From a virus (taxonomy: Duplodnaviria; Caudoviricetes), in IMG/VR virus record IMGVR_UViG_3300031628_000018, positions 1-33,189 of that record: a DNA stretch of 33,189 nt. One strand, given 5' to 3'. The notes under the pieces were generated by a model that worked only from the letters and a program-made list of their open reading frames with translations, had not been told where the DNA came from and made no database searches. Made by a program: the position numbers and the translations under genes. The first letter of the stretch is position 1; each line of letters begins with the position of its first letter. This document shows positions 17,695 to 27,024 of this stretch, piece after piece.

Positions 17695-18189
17695 ATGGGT
17701 GATCGTTGTATTGCAGATCTAGTAATACTAGAACCACATAAAAAGAAGGTAATTGAAATAATTAATAAATATGCAGATTTTAGTTTAGACCGTCGCCCCA
17801 TTACAGAAAAAATGTCTTCTAGAGAAGATGGTATTTCTCTTATATGTTTCTATTTTGATGATGTAAATTATGGACACTTAGACTTCTTACAAGACCTCCC
17901 AAATAAAGGTATACCTTATGATTATAGTTGGGGACAAGGTGATGAGTATGACCCAGGGAATGGGTATTGTCGGTATCTTGAAGATGGGACTTTATTCGAG
18001 AGAGTAATCTCAAGTGAAGATGTTAACCCACCTATGTCCTCACTTATAGAGCTTATTGATAAACCATTCGCATTAGCCGAGTATGTCAAAAATCATGCTA
18101 ACTGGATGAAGATTCCTTCATGGAAGAACCAAGATACATATGCAGATAAGTTTCGTACTTTACAACTAATAACTGAAAATAAAGGCTAA
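17695..18189 (+). CDS. Hypothetical protein
   Basis: 164-aa ORF with AAGGAAG SD between the AAA and VWA genes. Confidence 0.65.
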   Translation: MGDRCIADLVILEPHKKKVIEIINKYADFSLDRRPITEKMSSREDGISLICFYFDDVNYGHLDFLQDLPNKGIPYDYSWGQGDEYDPGNGYCRYLEDGTLFERVISSEDVNPPMSSLIELIDKPFALAEYVKNHANWMKIPSWKNQDTYADKFRTLQLITENKG

Positions 18190-18194
18190 GACCT

Positions 18195-19325
18195 ATGGAT
18201 TCACTACGAATAGTTGAAGCTAATGATGCACTTGATAAATCTAAAATAAGTTTAATGAGTAGAACAGACTCTGCTTTCTTTACTAGACTTTGTTTTAGTA
18301 TGAAGCATACATGGACAGATGACCTTCCTACAGCAGCTTGTGATGGTAAGACAATATTCTGGAATCCAGATTTCTTCTTAAGTCTTGCTAATGCTGAAGA
18401 ACGTATATTTATAATGCTGCACGAAACTATGCATGCAGCCTACTTACATATGGACCCAGTACGTCTGAATGGTCGTTGCCCAGATCGCTGGAATATCGCA
18501 GCAGATCATGTTATTAATTTACAACTAATTGAGCGTGGCTTCACAATGCCTACTGGTAATAATAAAGGAGTGGCCGACTCAATTTATAAAGATATGTGTA
18601 CTGAAGATGTATATGCTAAGTTACCTAAAAATCCAGGTAAACCTACTATGGTAGATCTATTGACACCAAGTGGGGATACTGAAGAGCTTAGAAAATTAGT
18701 ACAAGACAATTTAATCCAAGCATCAATTCAATCTAGGATATCTCATGATAAGGCAGGAACTATTCCAGGAGAAATACAAATTTTCCTACGGGAATTACTT
18801 ACTCCAGAATTACCTTGGACTCGTCTATTGCAAAAGTATTTACAAAACTTTGCTAAGAATGATTATTCATTCAAAAGACCGAATCGAAGATTTTTCCCTA
18901 AGTTTTACTTACCAAGTATGCTAAGTGAAAGTCTAATTGATCTGTGTATCGCAGTCGACACCTCTGGGTCAGTATCAGATACAGATTTTCTACGATTTAT
19001 CTCTGAAATACATGGAGTATTTAAGATGATGAAACCTAAGAAAATTACCCTAATACAGTTTGATTCAGAAATCAAAGATGTAACCGAAGTGTCCAGTATA
19101 AAGGACTTAATGGATGTTAAGTTTGCTGGACGAGGTGGAACAGTAGTAAGTCCTGTACTGAAGTGGGCTAAAGAGAATAAACCCCAGCTATTGTTAGTTT
19201 TCACAGATGGTGAATTCAACTTCCCTAGAACAGAGATAGAACTGAAAAGTAAAGTTATATGGCTCATCCATAATAACAAACAATTTAAAGCACCAATAGG
19301 AGAAACAATACATTACAGCATTTAA
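18195..19325 (+). CDS. Metallopeptidase-like plus VWA domain protein (N4 gp25 family)
   Basis: HETMH (HExxH), WNIAADHVIN, MIDAS DTSGS, GRGGT and FTDG. Confidence 0.9.
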   Translation: MDSLRIVEANDALDKSKISLMSRTDSAFFTRLCFSMKHTWTDDLPTAACDGKTIFWNPDFFLSLANAEERIFIMLHETMHAAYLHMDPVRLNGRCPDRWNIAADHVINLQLIERGFTMPTGNNKGVADSIYKDMCTEDVYAKLPKNPGKPTMVDLLTPSGDTEELRKLVQDNLIQASIQSRISHDKAGTIPGEIQIFLRELLTPELPWTRLLQKYLQNFAKNDYSFKRPNRRFFPKFYLPSMLSESLIDLCIAVDTSGSVSDTDFLRFISEIHGVFKMMKPKKITLIQFDSEIKDVTEVSSIKDLMDVKFAGRGGTVVSPVLKWAKENKPQLLLVFTDGEFNFPRTEIELKSKVIWLIHNNKQFKAPIGETIHYSI

Positions 19326-19336
19326 TAAGGATAGGA

Positions 19337-19570
19337 ATGATGAAATTTCTTGATTTGAAAAATAAAGCAGATGAGAAAATATGGTTAAAAATAATTGATG
19401 AAGGACATAGTGCAAACTTACATAGGTGCCCATACGATCAAGACTTTGAGGCATCTAAAGCATGCCCAAAGTACGAAAAATATGGAGATACATTGGAGCG
19501 TGAGTGTCAATTCGTTCTTATTACTAATTCTAAATGTTTTTGTGAATTACAACCAAGCACTAAAGGATGA
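19337..19570 (+). CDS. Hypothetical Cys-containing protein
   Basis: 77 aa with an SD-like sequence, overlapping the next start (ATGA). Confidence 0.55.
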   Translation: MMKFLDLKNKADEKIWLKIIDEGHSANLHRCPYDQDFEASKACPKYEKYGDTLERECQFVLITNSKCFCELQPSTKG

Positions 19571-19917
19571 CTATGAATATTAAAAAAGACTTTTTAAATG
19601 CAAAGAAGGAATTAAAATCTAATAGGCGGGACCAGAACTATATGACCATAGCATGGGGATATAGTACAGAGCTAATCCTTCCCTATGACGATGCACTTAA
19701 ACTCTTAAGCTGCTTAGAGTATGCAGAAGAGTTCACTGGTGAGTATGGGAACAAGAGAATTACATCTTTAAGCAGCGACGCTATTAAAGTAGCTCGTTTA
19801 CCTCGTATAGAATATGAAAATCATAAAATAGCAGCTTTACTTAATGTTAACTACACAGACATACAAGACCATATCAATGACGTAACTCTAGCAGAGAGTG
19901 TGAAATGCAGAACATAA
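19567..19917 (+). CDS. Hypothetical protein
   Basis: 116 aa in a tightly packed operon. Confidence 0.6.
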   Translation: MTMNIKKDFLNAKKELKSNRRDQNYMTIAWGYSTELILPYDDALKLLSCLEYAEEFTGEYGNKRITSLSSDAIKVARLPRIEYENHKIAALLNVNYTDIQDHINDVTLAESVKCRT

Positions 19918-21221
19918 CTCTAACTACTGACCAAGAAGCCGCACTCTCCGCTATTAATGCATTCTTACTCGACCCTATTGAGACAGTATTCGTATTACGA
20001 GGATATTCTGGTTGTGGTAAATCTACTTTAGTTCGTGAAGTAGTCAAGGGAATGCCTGCTTTCCTACAATCAAACAAGTTAATCCATCCGGCTCTTAAAG
20101 AATATGAGCTAATGCTCACCGCGACTACAAATAAAGCAGCTGAGAATTTAGCATCTATTACTGGAATGGACGTTAGAACAATTCATGCATTCCTAGGATT
20201 ACGTGTACATACTGATTATAGAAATAATACTACCCAGCTAATTCCTGCTACTGGAGAGATATTACATGACTATTTAATATTCATTGATGAGGCTAGCTAT
20301 ATAGATAGTCAGCTCTTAGAGCTTATTTTTAAGAAACTAAGAGATTGTAAAATCATTTTCGTTGGTGATCCTGCACAGCTAGTACAAGTAAAAGCTAAGG
20401 ATGCTCCTGCATTTAAAATTAACTATGCTGGTGCAGCACTAACTCAAGTAGTACGCCAAGCCAAAGATAACCCTATCATTGATTTATCTGTCAAGTTTCG
20501 TAGAACAGTAAACACAGGTGAATTTTTCCAATTTGTTCCTGATGGGGAGTATATTCAACACTTAAGTCGTACAGATTTCATACAAAAAGTTATAAGCGAA
20601 GTTAGTAAACCTGAGTGGGAATATACACATTCAAAGGTACTTACTTGGACCAATAAATGTGCAATTACCTTTAATGACCTTATTCGTGCGAGTACTAAAG
20701 GAAACCACCGTTTTCATCCTGGAGAATATGCCCTCTGTAATTCATATACAGAAACAATTGTAGCAAACAGTACAAATCTATCAGGTACTGGACGGAGGAG
20801 CGTTAAAAAACAAGGTATTAGAGCTGATTCATTAGTACAAATTCTAAAAATTTCTAAGGATCATGACCGGCATGATGTACCGGGCAATATGTTTACTCTA
20901 AAAGCACATGATGCAGCTGACGCTTTTGCTATATTTATGCCACATAAAAGAGAAGACCGAGCTGCTCGCATTAAATTAGCTAGAGCAGATGGCAGTAAAC
21001 AATCTATGGACGTTATAGAAGAAATTGGGAGGCACTGGATAGATTTACGTGCGGCTTATGCACAAACAATCAATAAATCCCAAGGCTCTACTTATGATCA
21101 AGTATTCATTGATCTTGATGATGTTTCTAAATGTCGTAATCCTAACCAACTAGCTAGGATGTTATATGTTGCAGTATCAAGGGCGAGAACTAGAGTATAT
21201 TTCACTGGAGATTTCAAATGA
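19905..21221 (+). CDS. SF1B (Dda/RecD-like) DNA helicase, N4 gp37 family
   Basis: GYSGCGKST, ATTNKAA, FIDEAS, GDPAQL, TINKSQGSTYD and LYVAVSRAR. Confidence 0.93.
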   Translation: MQNITLTTDQEAALSAINAFLLDPIETVFVLRGYSGCGKSTLVREVVKGMPAFLQSNKLIHPALKEYELMLTATTNKAAENLASITGMDVRTIHAFLGLRVHTDYRNNTTQLIPATGEILHDYLIFIDEASYIDSQLLELIFKKLRDCKIIFVGDPAQLVQVKAKDAPAFKINYAGAALTQVVRQAKDNPIIDLSVKFRRTVNTGEFFQFVPDGEYIQHLSRTDFIQKVISEVSKPEWEYTHSKVLTWTNKCAITFNDLIRASTKGNHRFHPGEYALCNSYTETIVANSTNLSGTGRRSVKKQGIRADSLVQILKISKDHDRHDVPGNMFTLKAHDAADAFAIFMPHKREDRAARIKLARADGSKQSMDVIEEIGRHWIDLRAAYAQTINKSQGSTYDQVFIDLDDVSKCRNPNQLARMLYVAVSRARTRVYFTGDFK

Positions 21222-21745
21222 GACAACCAAATCCACATGCAAAACAATTAATAAGAAATGATATTTTAAGCCATTTATATGAGGTCCCTTTTGAAAAAAG
21301 TGTAGAAGAATTAAAAGCCCTTATTATACGTAATACCCTTATTGGGCAACATTTACATAAATCTTTTACATATAAAGATTCATTATATTCCTGTGTTACA
21401 GCTCCACCACCTAGAGTAAAGAACCGGCTACTACCAGCAATACGTCCAGATATGGAGATATATTTAGATAATAGGGATGCTTTGATAGAGGAAAAAAATG
21501 CTGTTTCTGGATTCCTTACTCGTATGCTTAATGCAACAGAGACACTAGAAGATTACCTAGCTGTATTACCTGAAACACTGCATGAAAGGTTAGGAAAGAC
21601 TATTGAATCTTTATATACATCATGGCCACCATTTAGAGATTCCCCTAAGAGATTCTCAAATGATGAATTAATGCTTTTTAAACAAAATAACCAAACATAC
21701 AGCGATTTAATGAAGAATCGTATGGTTGTTAATCTAATAATATAG
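21218..21745 (+). CDS. Hypothetical protein (N4 gp38 position)
   Basis: ATGA-coupled to the helicase, in the usual position between helicase and polymerase. Confidence 0.65.
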   Translation: MRQPNPHAKQLIRNDILSHLYEVPFEKSVEELKALIIRNTLIGQHLHKSFTYKDSLYSCVTAPPPRVKNRLLPAIRPDMEIYLDNRDALIEEKNAVSGFLTRMLNATETLEDYLAVLPETLHERLGKTIESLYTSWPPFRDSPKRFSNDELMLFKQNNQTYSDLMKNRMVVNLII

Positions 21746-21755
21746 GAGGACTTAA

Positions 21756-22208
21756 ATGGGGTACCGATCACAAATAGCTATAGCCGTAGATAAACATATC
21801 ATTACTCAAGACCTTATTCACCCGCTCATTCCCCCAGTACTTCGATTTGAAGAAGAACGTAGGATAACGAACGCAGGTTGTTTTTGGGTTCTTGAGGATT
21901 GGAAATGGTATGACAGTGACTCTGATGTTAGGGACATTTTAAGATTCTTTGACGAGATGGATGATATGCCTAGATTTACATATAAGATAGAGAGAACTCA
22001 TCTTGTCAAACACCATAACGACAAAGGCACGCCTAGTGACTTAGTTGAATATACACAAGCTGCTTATGGAGCGATCCGTATAGGTGAAGATAACGACGAT
22101 AGTGACTACTGGGGCTCCCCAGGAGAGTTTGAGATATATACGGACCGTAGACTTGTTACTCCATATTATTCAAACGACGATAATCCTGATGGCATTTTAT
22201 TTGTATAA
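21756..22208 (+). CDS. Hypothetical phage protein (MGYRS...WKWY...RIGED type)
   Basis: AGGAGG SD, 150 aa. Confidence 0.7.
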   Translation: MGYRSQIAIAVDKHIITQDLIHPLIPPVLRFEEERRITNAGCFWVLEDWKWYDSDSDVRDILRFFDEMDDMPRFTYKIERTHLVKHHNDKGTPSDLVEYTQAAYGAIRIGEDNDDSDYWGSPGEFEIYTDRRLVTPYYSNDDNPDGILFV

Positions 22209-22226
22209 AACAAGGTAAAATTTATT

Positions 22227-22724
22227 ATGCACAGTCTTACACAAGAAGAATTAAAAAGAATAATGGAATTTGACCATGTTACTGGTATTTTCACTTGGTC
22301 AGGTGCTGCTAAAAATAAAATGCGAGCTGGAAGTAGAGCTGGGACTAGTAATACTACTGGCTATATTTGTATTATGATATATGGCAAGCACTATCGAGCA
22401 CACCGATTAGCCTGGTTATGGGAATACGGAGAGTTTCCCGCAAAGGAAACAGACCATATAAACGGAATCCGTAATGATAACCGTATAGCTAACCTTAGAC
22501 AGGCAACTCACCATGAGAATATGCAGAATCAACGAAAGATGCATAAGAATAACTGCTCAGGGTATCTCGGAGTTTATCCTTCAGGCTATATGAAGAAACC
22601 TTGGAGAGTTACCATAAGTGTAGACAATAAAACAAAACATGTAGGGCATTTTGTAGGTAAAGAGGAAGCACGCGATGCTTATATCGAGGCTAAAAGGATG
22701 TATCATAAATTCTGCACCATATAG
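22227..22724 (+). CDS. Free-standing HNH homing endonuclease with AP2-like C-terminal domain
   Basis: YRAHRLAW...DHINGIRNDNRIANLR.A...N, then SGYLGV...W...I...HVGHF...EEA..AY. Confidence 0.9.
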   Translation: MHSLTQEELKRIMEFDHVTGIFTWSGAAKNKMRAGSRAGTSNTTGYICIMIYGKHYRAHRLAWLWEYGEFPAKETDHINGIRNDNRIANLRQATHHENMQNQRKMHKNNCSGYLGVYPSGYMKKPWRVTISVDNKTKHVGHFVGKEEARDAYIEAKRMYHKFCTI

Positions 22725-22748
22725 CCACCCATATAAGGAGCTATCACT

Positions 22749-25373
22749 TTGAAACACCATATATTTAAAAAGTCAACCAATAACAATTACCCAATTGCAG
22801 TATTAATAAAAAATACTTCATTCAATAAGAAAGAATTACAAGATAACTACATCACAGCATTAAACCAACAGAACATACCTAGTGATACCATCATTGCATT
22901 TACACTTGATTACAATGATACGAATAAAGCACCTGTTAAGTTTATCAAGAATTACTTGGCTAAACTACTACCGGCCCTTGATTCTCTAGGTACTAAGACT
23001 TTATATGTAGCTGACTCAGCTTACTTTAAGGTCTTAGTTGGAAAGTCAAAGGCTGAAACTAGTTTTGGTTATGTACTCCGATGCAATATTAAAAACTTTG
23101 AACATATAAGTGTAGTGCTAGGTTTGAATCATCAGGCATTAATTTATAATCCTCAATTAAATTCAAAACTATCCCTAAGTTTAAAAACCCTAGTTGATCA
23201 TGTAACTGGGTTCTATAATCCTCCAGGATTAGACATTATTCACTCGGCTTCATACCCAAGGGACCCTGAGGCGATCTCTGCTGCGCTTGCAGCGCTGCAT
23301 CGTCACCCAAGTCTTACTTGTGACATTGAAGGCTTCTCACTGCGTTTTAACGAGGCTGGTGTAGGTACCATTGCTTTTGCTTGGAATGAGCACAACGGGA
23401 TTGCATTCTGTTGTGATTATCAGGATGGCTCCTTTCAACCGAATGAAGCGATAAGAAAATTACTACTAGAATTCTTTGTTACCTATAAAGGTGAGCTAAC
23501 TTTTCATCATGCTCCTTATGATGTGAAAGTATTAATCTATACCTTATGGATGCAAGACTTACTAGATACCCGTGGCTTACTAGCCGGGTTAGATGTAATG
23601 ACCAAGCGTATGCATGATACTAGAATTATTACTTACCTAGCTATTAACTCCACAGCGGGGAACACTTTAGGATTAAAGTACCTGGCTCATGAGTTTGCAG
23701 GTAACTGGGCTGTAGAGGATATAAAAGATATCCGCCTTATCCCTGAAGATATACTACTTAAATACAATTTAATAGATGCCTTATCCACACATTATGTTCG
23801 TAATAAGTATGAACCAATAATGGAGAAGGATAACCAAGGGGATCTATATCGAGGACTAATGTTAGATAGTCTAAAACTGATTATTCAGTTAGAACTAACA
23901 GGCATGCCAATGTCCCGAAGTAAGATACAAAGAGTTAAAGCTAAGCTTGAAAAGATCCAGAAAGTTCAGCTAGATATCATTCAGAAAAACATTGTTGTCC
24001 ACGAAGTGAATCATATTATACGTGACAGAGCAATGGTATCTGCCAATATGAAGCTTAAAGTTAAGCAGCACCCAATAGAAAAATTTGCAGACCTAAGCTT
24101 CAACCCTAACTCTAGTTCTCAATTGCAGATTCTTCTATATGATCAAATGTGGTTGCCAATAATAGACACAACAGAAAGTGGAGCGCCTGCTACCGGTGCT
24201 GAAACAATAGAGAAACTAATCAACCATACAGATGTCTCTGAATATAAAGAATTGCTTACTGCAATAATTGCCTATGGTGGAGTAGGTACAATGTTATCTA
24301 CATTTATTCCAGCATTTGAGAAAGCAATTTCTAAGGATGAGAGCGACACAGTATGGTTACATGGCTCACTTAATCTTGGTGGAACTGTATCTGGAAGATT
24401 ATCTTCTAGTAATCCAAACTTAACCAATCTACCTTCTGGTTCAACATATGGTAAATTAGTTAAGAGCTGTTTTAAAACGCCCACTGGCATAATAATGGTC
24501 GGTGCTGATTTTAATAGCCTAGAAATGATGATAGATGCACTTACTACTCAGGACCCAAATAAACTCCGTGTATACGAAAGTGGTATGGACTCTCATGCAT
24601 TTAATGCTTCAGTTTACTGGCCTGAGAAAATGCCTGTAATCGTTAAAGCTATGCAAGCTGCAACTACACCTACAGAATATGCTAAAGCAGTTAATCGTGT
24701 AAAGAAGGAATTCCCTGAATTACGCCAACGATCAAAGACTGTATCTTTTGCTCTCCAGTATGCAGGCACAGCTCACACCTTAGTCAAGAACTCCGGTTTC
24801 TCTAGGGAAGAGGCAAACAAAATCTACAATAACTATCACGAAACTTACTCAACTTCTAGAGAGTATTCCAAAGTTAAAGTTAAGCAGGCATCTAAAGATG
24901 GTTATGTCACCGTAGCTTTTGGATTACGTGTTCGTACTCCTCTACTTGCACAAGTTGTCTACGGTGCTCCTAAAGTACCCTATAAAGCAGCAGCTGAAGC
25001 TAGGACTACAGGTAATTCATTATCTCAGTCCTACGGCTTACTCAATAATAGAGCTGCAGTTGCTTTCATGAAGAAAGTATGGAAATCTAAGTATCGCTAT
25101 AACATATTACCAATTAGCTTAATACATGATGCATGCTACTTCTTGATTAAAGATGATGTTGAAGTACTTGAGTGGGTAAACCAAGAGTTAATAACAGCTA
25201 TGCAATGGCAAGACTTACCTGAGCTAAAGCATGATGAAGTAAAGCTAGGCGCAAACCTTGATGTTTTCTATAAAGGGTGGCACCAGCCAATTACGTTACC
25301 TAATGTATCCACTGCACAGGAAATACAGAAGCTAGCCAGGGAAACCCAGAAAATCTACGATGATAAAACATAA
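22749..25373 (+). CDS. Family A DNA polymerase with 3'-5' exonuclease (N4 gp39 family)
   Basis: TTG start after AAGGAG. Exo I CDIEG, TVSGRLSSSNPNL, motif A GADFNSLE, motif B RQRSKTVSFALQY and motif C IHDA. Confidence 0.96.
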   Translation: MKHHIFKKSTNNNYPIAVLIKNTSFNKKELQDNYITALNQQNIPSDTIIAFTLDYNDTNKAPVKFIKNYLAKLLPALDSLGTKTLYVADSAYFKVLVGKSKAETSFGYVLRCNIKNFEHISVVLGLNHQALIYNPQLNSKLSLSLKTLVDHVTGFYNPPGLDIIHSASYPRDPEAISAALAALHRHPSLTCDIEGFSLRFNEAGVGTIAFAWNEHNGIAFCCDYQDGSFQPNEAIRKLLLEFFVTYKGELTFHHAPYDVKVLIYTLWMQDLLDTRGLLAGLDVMTKRMHDTRIITYLAINSTAGNTLGLKYLAHEFAGNWAVEDIKDIRLIPEDILLKYNLIDALSTHYVRNKYEPIMEKDNQGDLYRGLMLDSLKLIIQLELTGMPMSRSKIQRVKAKLEKIQKVQLDIIQKNIVVHEVNHIIRDRAMVSANMKLKVKQHPIEKFADLSFNPNSSSQLQILLYDQMWLPIIDTTESGAPATGAETIEKLINHTDVSEYKELLTAIIAYGGVGTMLSTFIPAFEKAISKDESDTVWLHGSLNLGGTVSGRLSSSNPNLTNLPSGSTYGKLVKSCFKTPTGIIMVGADFNSLEMMIDALTTQDPNKLRVYESGMDSHAFNASVYWPEKMPVIVKAMQAATTPTEYAKAVNRVKKEFPELRQRSKTVSFALQYAGTAHTLVKNSGFSREEANKIYNNYHETYSTSREYSKVKVKQASKDGYVTVAFGLRVRTPLLAQVVYGAPKVPYKAAAEARTTGNSLSQSYGLLNNRAAVAFMKKVWKSKYRYNILPISLIHDACYFLIKDDVEVLEWVNQELITAMQWQDLPELKHDEVKLGANLDVFYKGWHQPITLPNVSTAQEIQKLARETQKIYDDKT

Positions 25374-25383
25374 GGAATTTCAG

Positions 25384-25761
25384 ATGAGTAAAGAAGCTTG
25401 GCAAGAAAGTAGTGATGAAGATGCACATGAATATAACAGACAAGAAGAGTGGATGGAGCAGCGACAAAGGGAGCAAGATGTACAAGAAGATCTAGAACTT
25501 GGTCTCATGACCAATACCCATGATGACGCTATAAACCACCCAAAGCACTACACAAATTCTAGAGCCAGATGCCCTGATTGCAATGCTACAGTAGAATGTA
25601 TCACAGTAGCTAAGCATATGGGATTCTGTCTAGGTAATGTCCTTAAGTACGTTTGGAGGGCAGGCGAGAAGGGCGATGCCATAGAAGATTTAAAAAAAGC
25701 AGCTTGGTATCTCCAGTGTGAGATTGATAAACGATGCACATCTTATGGGAAACCAAAATGA
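25384..25761 (+). CDS. DUF3310-like protein with acidic N-terminal extension
   Basis: DAINHPKHY...ECI......GFCLGNVLKYVWRAGEKGDAIEDLKKAAWYL. Start uncertain (25360 or 25384). Confidence 0.8.
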   Translation: MSKEAWQESSDEDAHEYNRQEEWMEQRQREQDVQEDLELGLMTNTHDDAINHPKHYTNSRARCPDCNATVECITVAKHMGFCLGNVLKYVWRAGEKGDAIEDLKKAAWYLQCEIDKRCTSYGKPK

Positions 25762-25859
25762 AAATAGTAATAGAGCTTATATTTTTCTTAGGCGTAGTTT
25801 ACGCCACATATCTTCTTTTTACCACAGGTACGATTCTAATTACAGGAGGAACAGAGTGA
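25758..25859 (+). CDS. 33-aa membrane microprotein
   Basis: Not in ORF track. MKIVIELIFFLGVVYATYLLFTTGTILITGGTE, with an ATGA overlap upstream and a GTGA overlap downstream. Confidence 0.6.
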   Translation: MKIVIELIFFLGVVYATYLLFTTGTILITGGTE

Positions 25860-26008
25860 ACAAAATAGTTGAGAGTATTGCGACGGTTTGTGCTGGAATT
25901 GCAGCGGCTGCAGTAATTATCGGTGTATTCATAATACAGTGTGTATTAGCAGTAATACCAGTAGCAATAGGTATCTACGTAATTCTATGGTTTCTAGGGA
26001 AAGCGTAA
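25856..26008 (+). CDS. 50-aa hydrophobic membrane protein
   Basis: GGAGGA SD and GTG at 25856. One long hydrophobic stretch sufficient for two TM helices. Confidence 0.65.
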   Translation: MNKIVESIATVCAGIAAAAVIIGVFIIQCVLAVIPVAIGIYVILWFLGKA

Positions 26009-26100
26009 TGAAAGATCAAAGAAAGATAAGTGCCATTATAGCTATTGCTTTAGTGGCGGTTTTATCACTTATATCATTACTTTTTTGTTTAACTACTTAA
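26008..26100 (+). CDS. 30-aa membrane microprotein
   Basis: TAATG overlap. MKDQRKISAIIAIALVAVLSLISLLFCLTT. Confidence 0.55.
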   Translation: MKDQRKISAIIAIALVAVLSLISLLFCLTT

Positions 26101-26117
26101 GAGATTGAGAGGTCAGA

Positions 26118-26414
26118 ATGAAAAAACTTATAACTTTAACAATATTAATTATATTTATGTTTTGTTGGACACAAAGCTATGCAGATAGTAATCCATACAG
26201 CGCTGCTAATAACCCTTACAGTGCCCAGAATAATCCATATAGCACTAATAACAACCAGTACAGCTCTGAGAATAATCGCTACAATACAAATAGTACCAGA
26301 ATAATTCGTAATGGCTCCGGTGAAGCTATGGGGTATGCAGTACCTAGATCCGACGGTGGTACTAACTATTATAGTTATGATGGCGGGTACATAGGCTACC
26401 AATCTCCTGAGTAA
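26118..26414 (+). CDS. Secreted protein with NNPYS heptad repeats
   Basis: GAGG SD, Sec-type signal ending SYA, and five degenerate 7-aa repeats. Confidence 0.75.
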   Translation: MKKLITLTILIIFMFCWTQSYADSNPYSAANNPYSAQNNPYSTNNNQYSSENNRYNTNSTRIIRNGSGEAMGYAVPRSDGGTNYYSYDGGYIGYQSPE

Positions 26415-26475
26415 TCTCTTAGTGTGTTAATATTTGCCTAAGACCCATGGAACAATAAAGGAGGTGATCCTATCT

Positions 26476-26550
26476 ATGCCTTATCTAGAAGCCTTAAAAA
26501 GTTTTTGGTATAAGTTCCTTTCATTGGTAACAAAAGGAGAATCAAAGTGA
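26476..26550 (+). CDS. 24-aa amphipathic peptide
   Basis: Not in ORF track. Follows AAAGGAGGTGATCC and reads MPYLEALKSFWYKFLSLVTKGESK. GTGA overlap with the next gene. Confidence 0.5.
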   Translation: MPYLEALKSFWYKFLSLVTKGESK

Positions 26551-26732
26551 AACGAACACCAGTATTCTTAACAGGAATAGCTTTCTTTATTCTATCTTTT
26601 ATATGGTTCTCAAGCGCATCCATAGCAGATACACACAAAGTATGCCATGTAGCTTCAGCAGGCTGCAACAAGGTAGAGTGTATTAATAAAGATTGTAGCT
26701 CAAGTTGTAAATCCCATTGCAAACATGAATAA
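26547..26732 (+). CDS. Secreted Cys-rich miniprotein
   Basis: AAGGAG SD, signal peptide ending SIA, and a mature ~34 aa with 6 Cys and 4 His. Confidence 0.7.
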   Translation: MKRTPVFLTGIAFFILSFIWFSSASIADTHKVCHVASAGCNKVECINKDCSSSCKSHCKHE

Positions 26733-26743
26733 AGGAGATTCAC

Positions 26744-26827
26744 ATGCCCCAAGGTCCAGGAACTTACAAAAACCCAGGAAGACCCCGTACTAAATCTAAA
26801 ACTAAAAAGAAGAAGTGCTTTAGGTAA
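26744..26827 (+). CDS. 27-aa basic peptide with AT-hook-like GRPR
   Basis: Not in ORF track. AAAGGAG SD, MPQGPGTYKNPGRPRTKSKTKKKKCFR, TAATG overlap with the next gene. Confidence 0.65.
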   Translation: MPQGPGTYKNPGRPRTKSKTKKKKCFR

Positions 26828-27024
26828 TGTGGTACTTACTCGTATCCCTGTACTTACCTGTACAGGATGTGGGTATTACTTACCGCTTTGATGAGTGGGG
26901 GTCTGAGTGGGCTTGTACTCAAGCAAAAGCTAAACTAATAGACCATCAAATAGATCTACTGAGAACAACCGGCAAAGATTCATTTATAACCAAGATAGAG
27001 TGTAAGGAAGTAGAGAATGGCTAG
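26827..27024 (+). CDS. Hypothetical protein
   Basis: 65 aa with a hydrophobic N-terminus and two Cys. Coupled to its neighbours. Confidence 0.6.
   Translation: MWYLLVSLYLPVQDVGITYRFDEWGSEWACTQAKAKLIDHQIDLLRTTGKDSFITKIECKEVENG

Noticed and set aside
22227-25373. Possible intron or intein in the DNA polymerase associated with the HNH
   Set aside because: The polymerase ORF is continuous and of normal N4-like length. The HNH is free-standing upstream, which is a common arrangement.
26457-26470. 16S rRNA gene fragment
   Set aside because: The match stops after 14 nt and the flanks are not rRNA-like, so it was treated as an extended SD.
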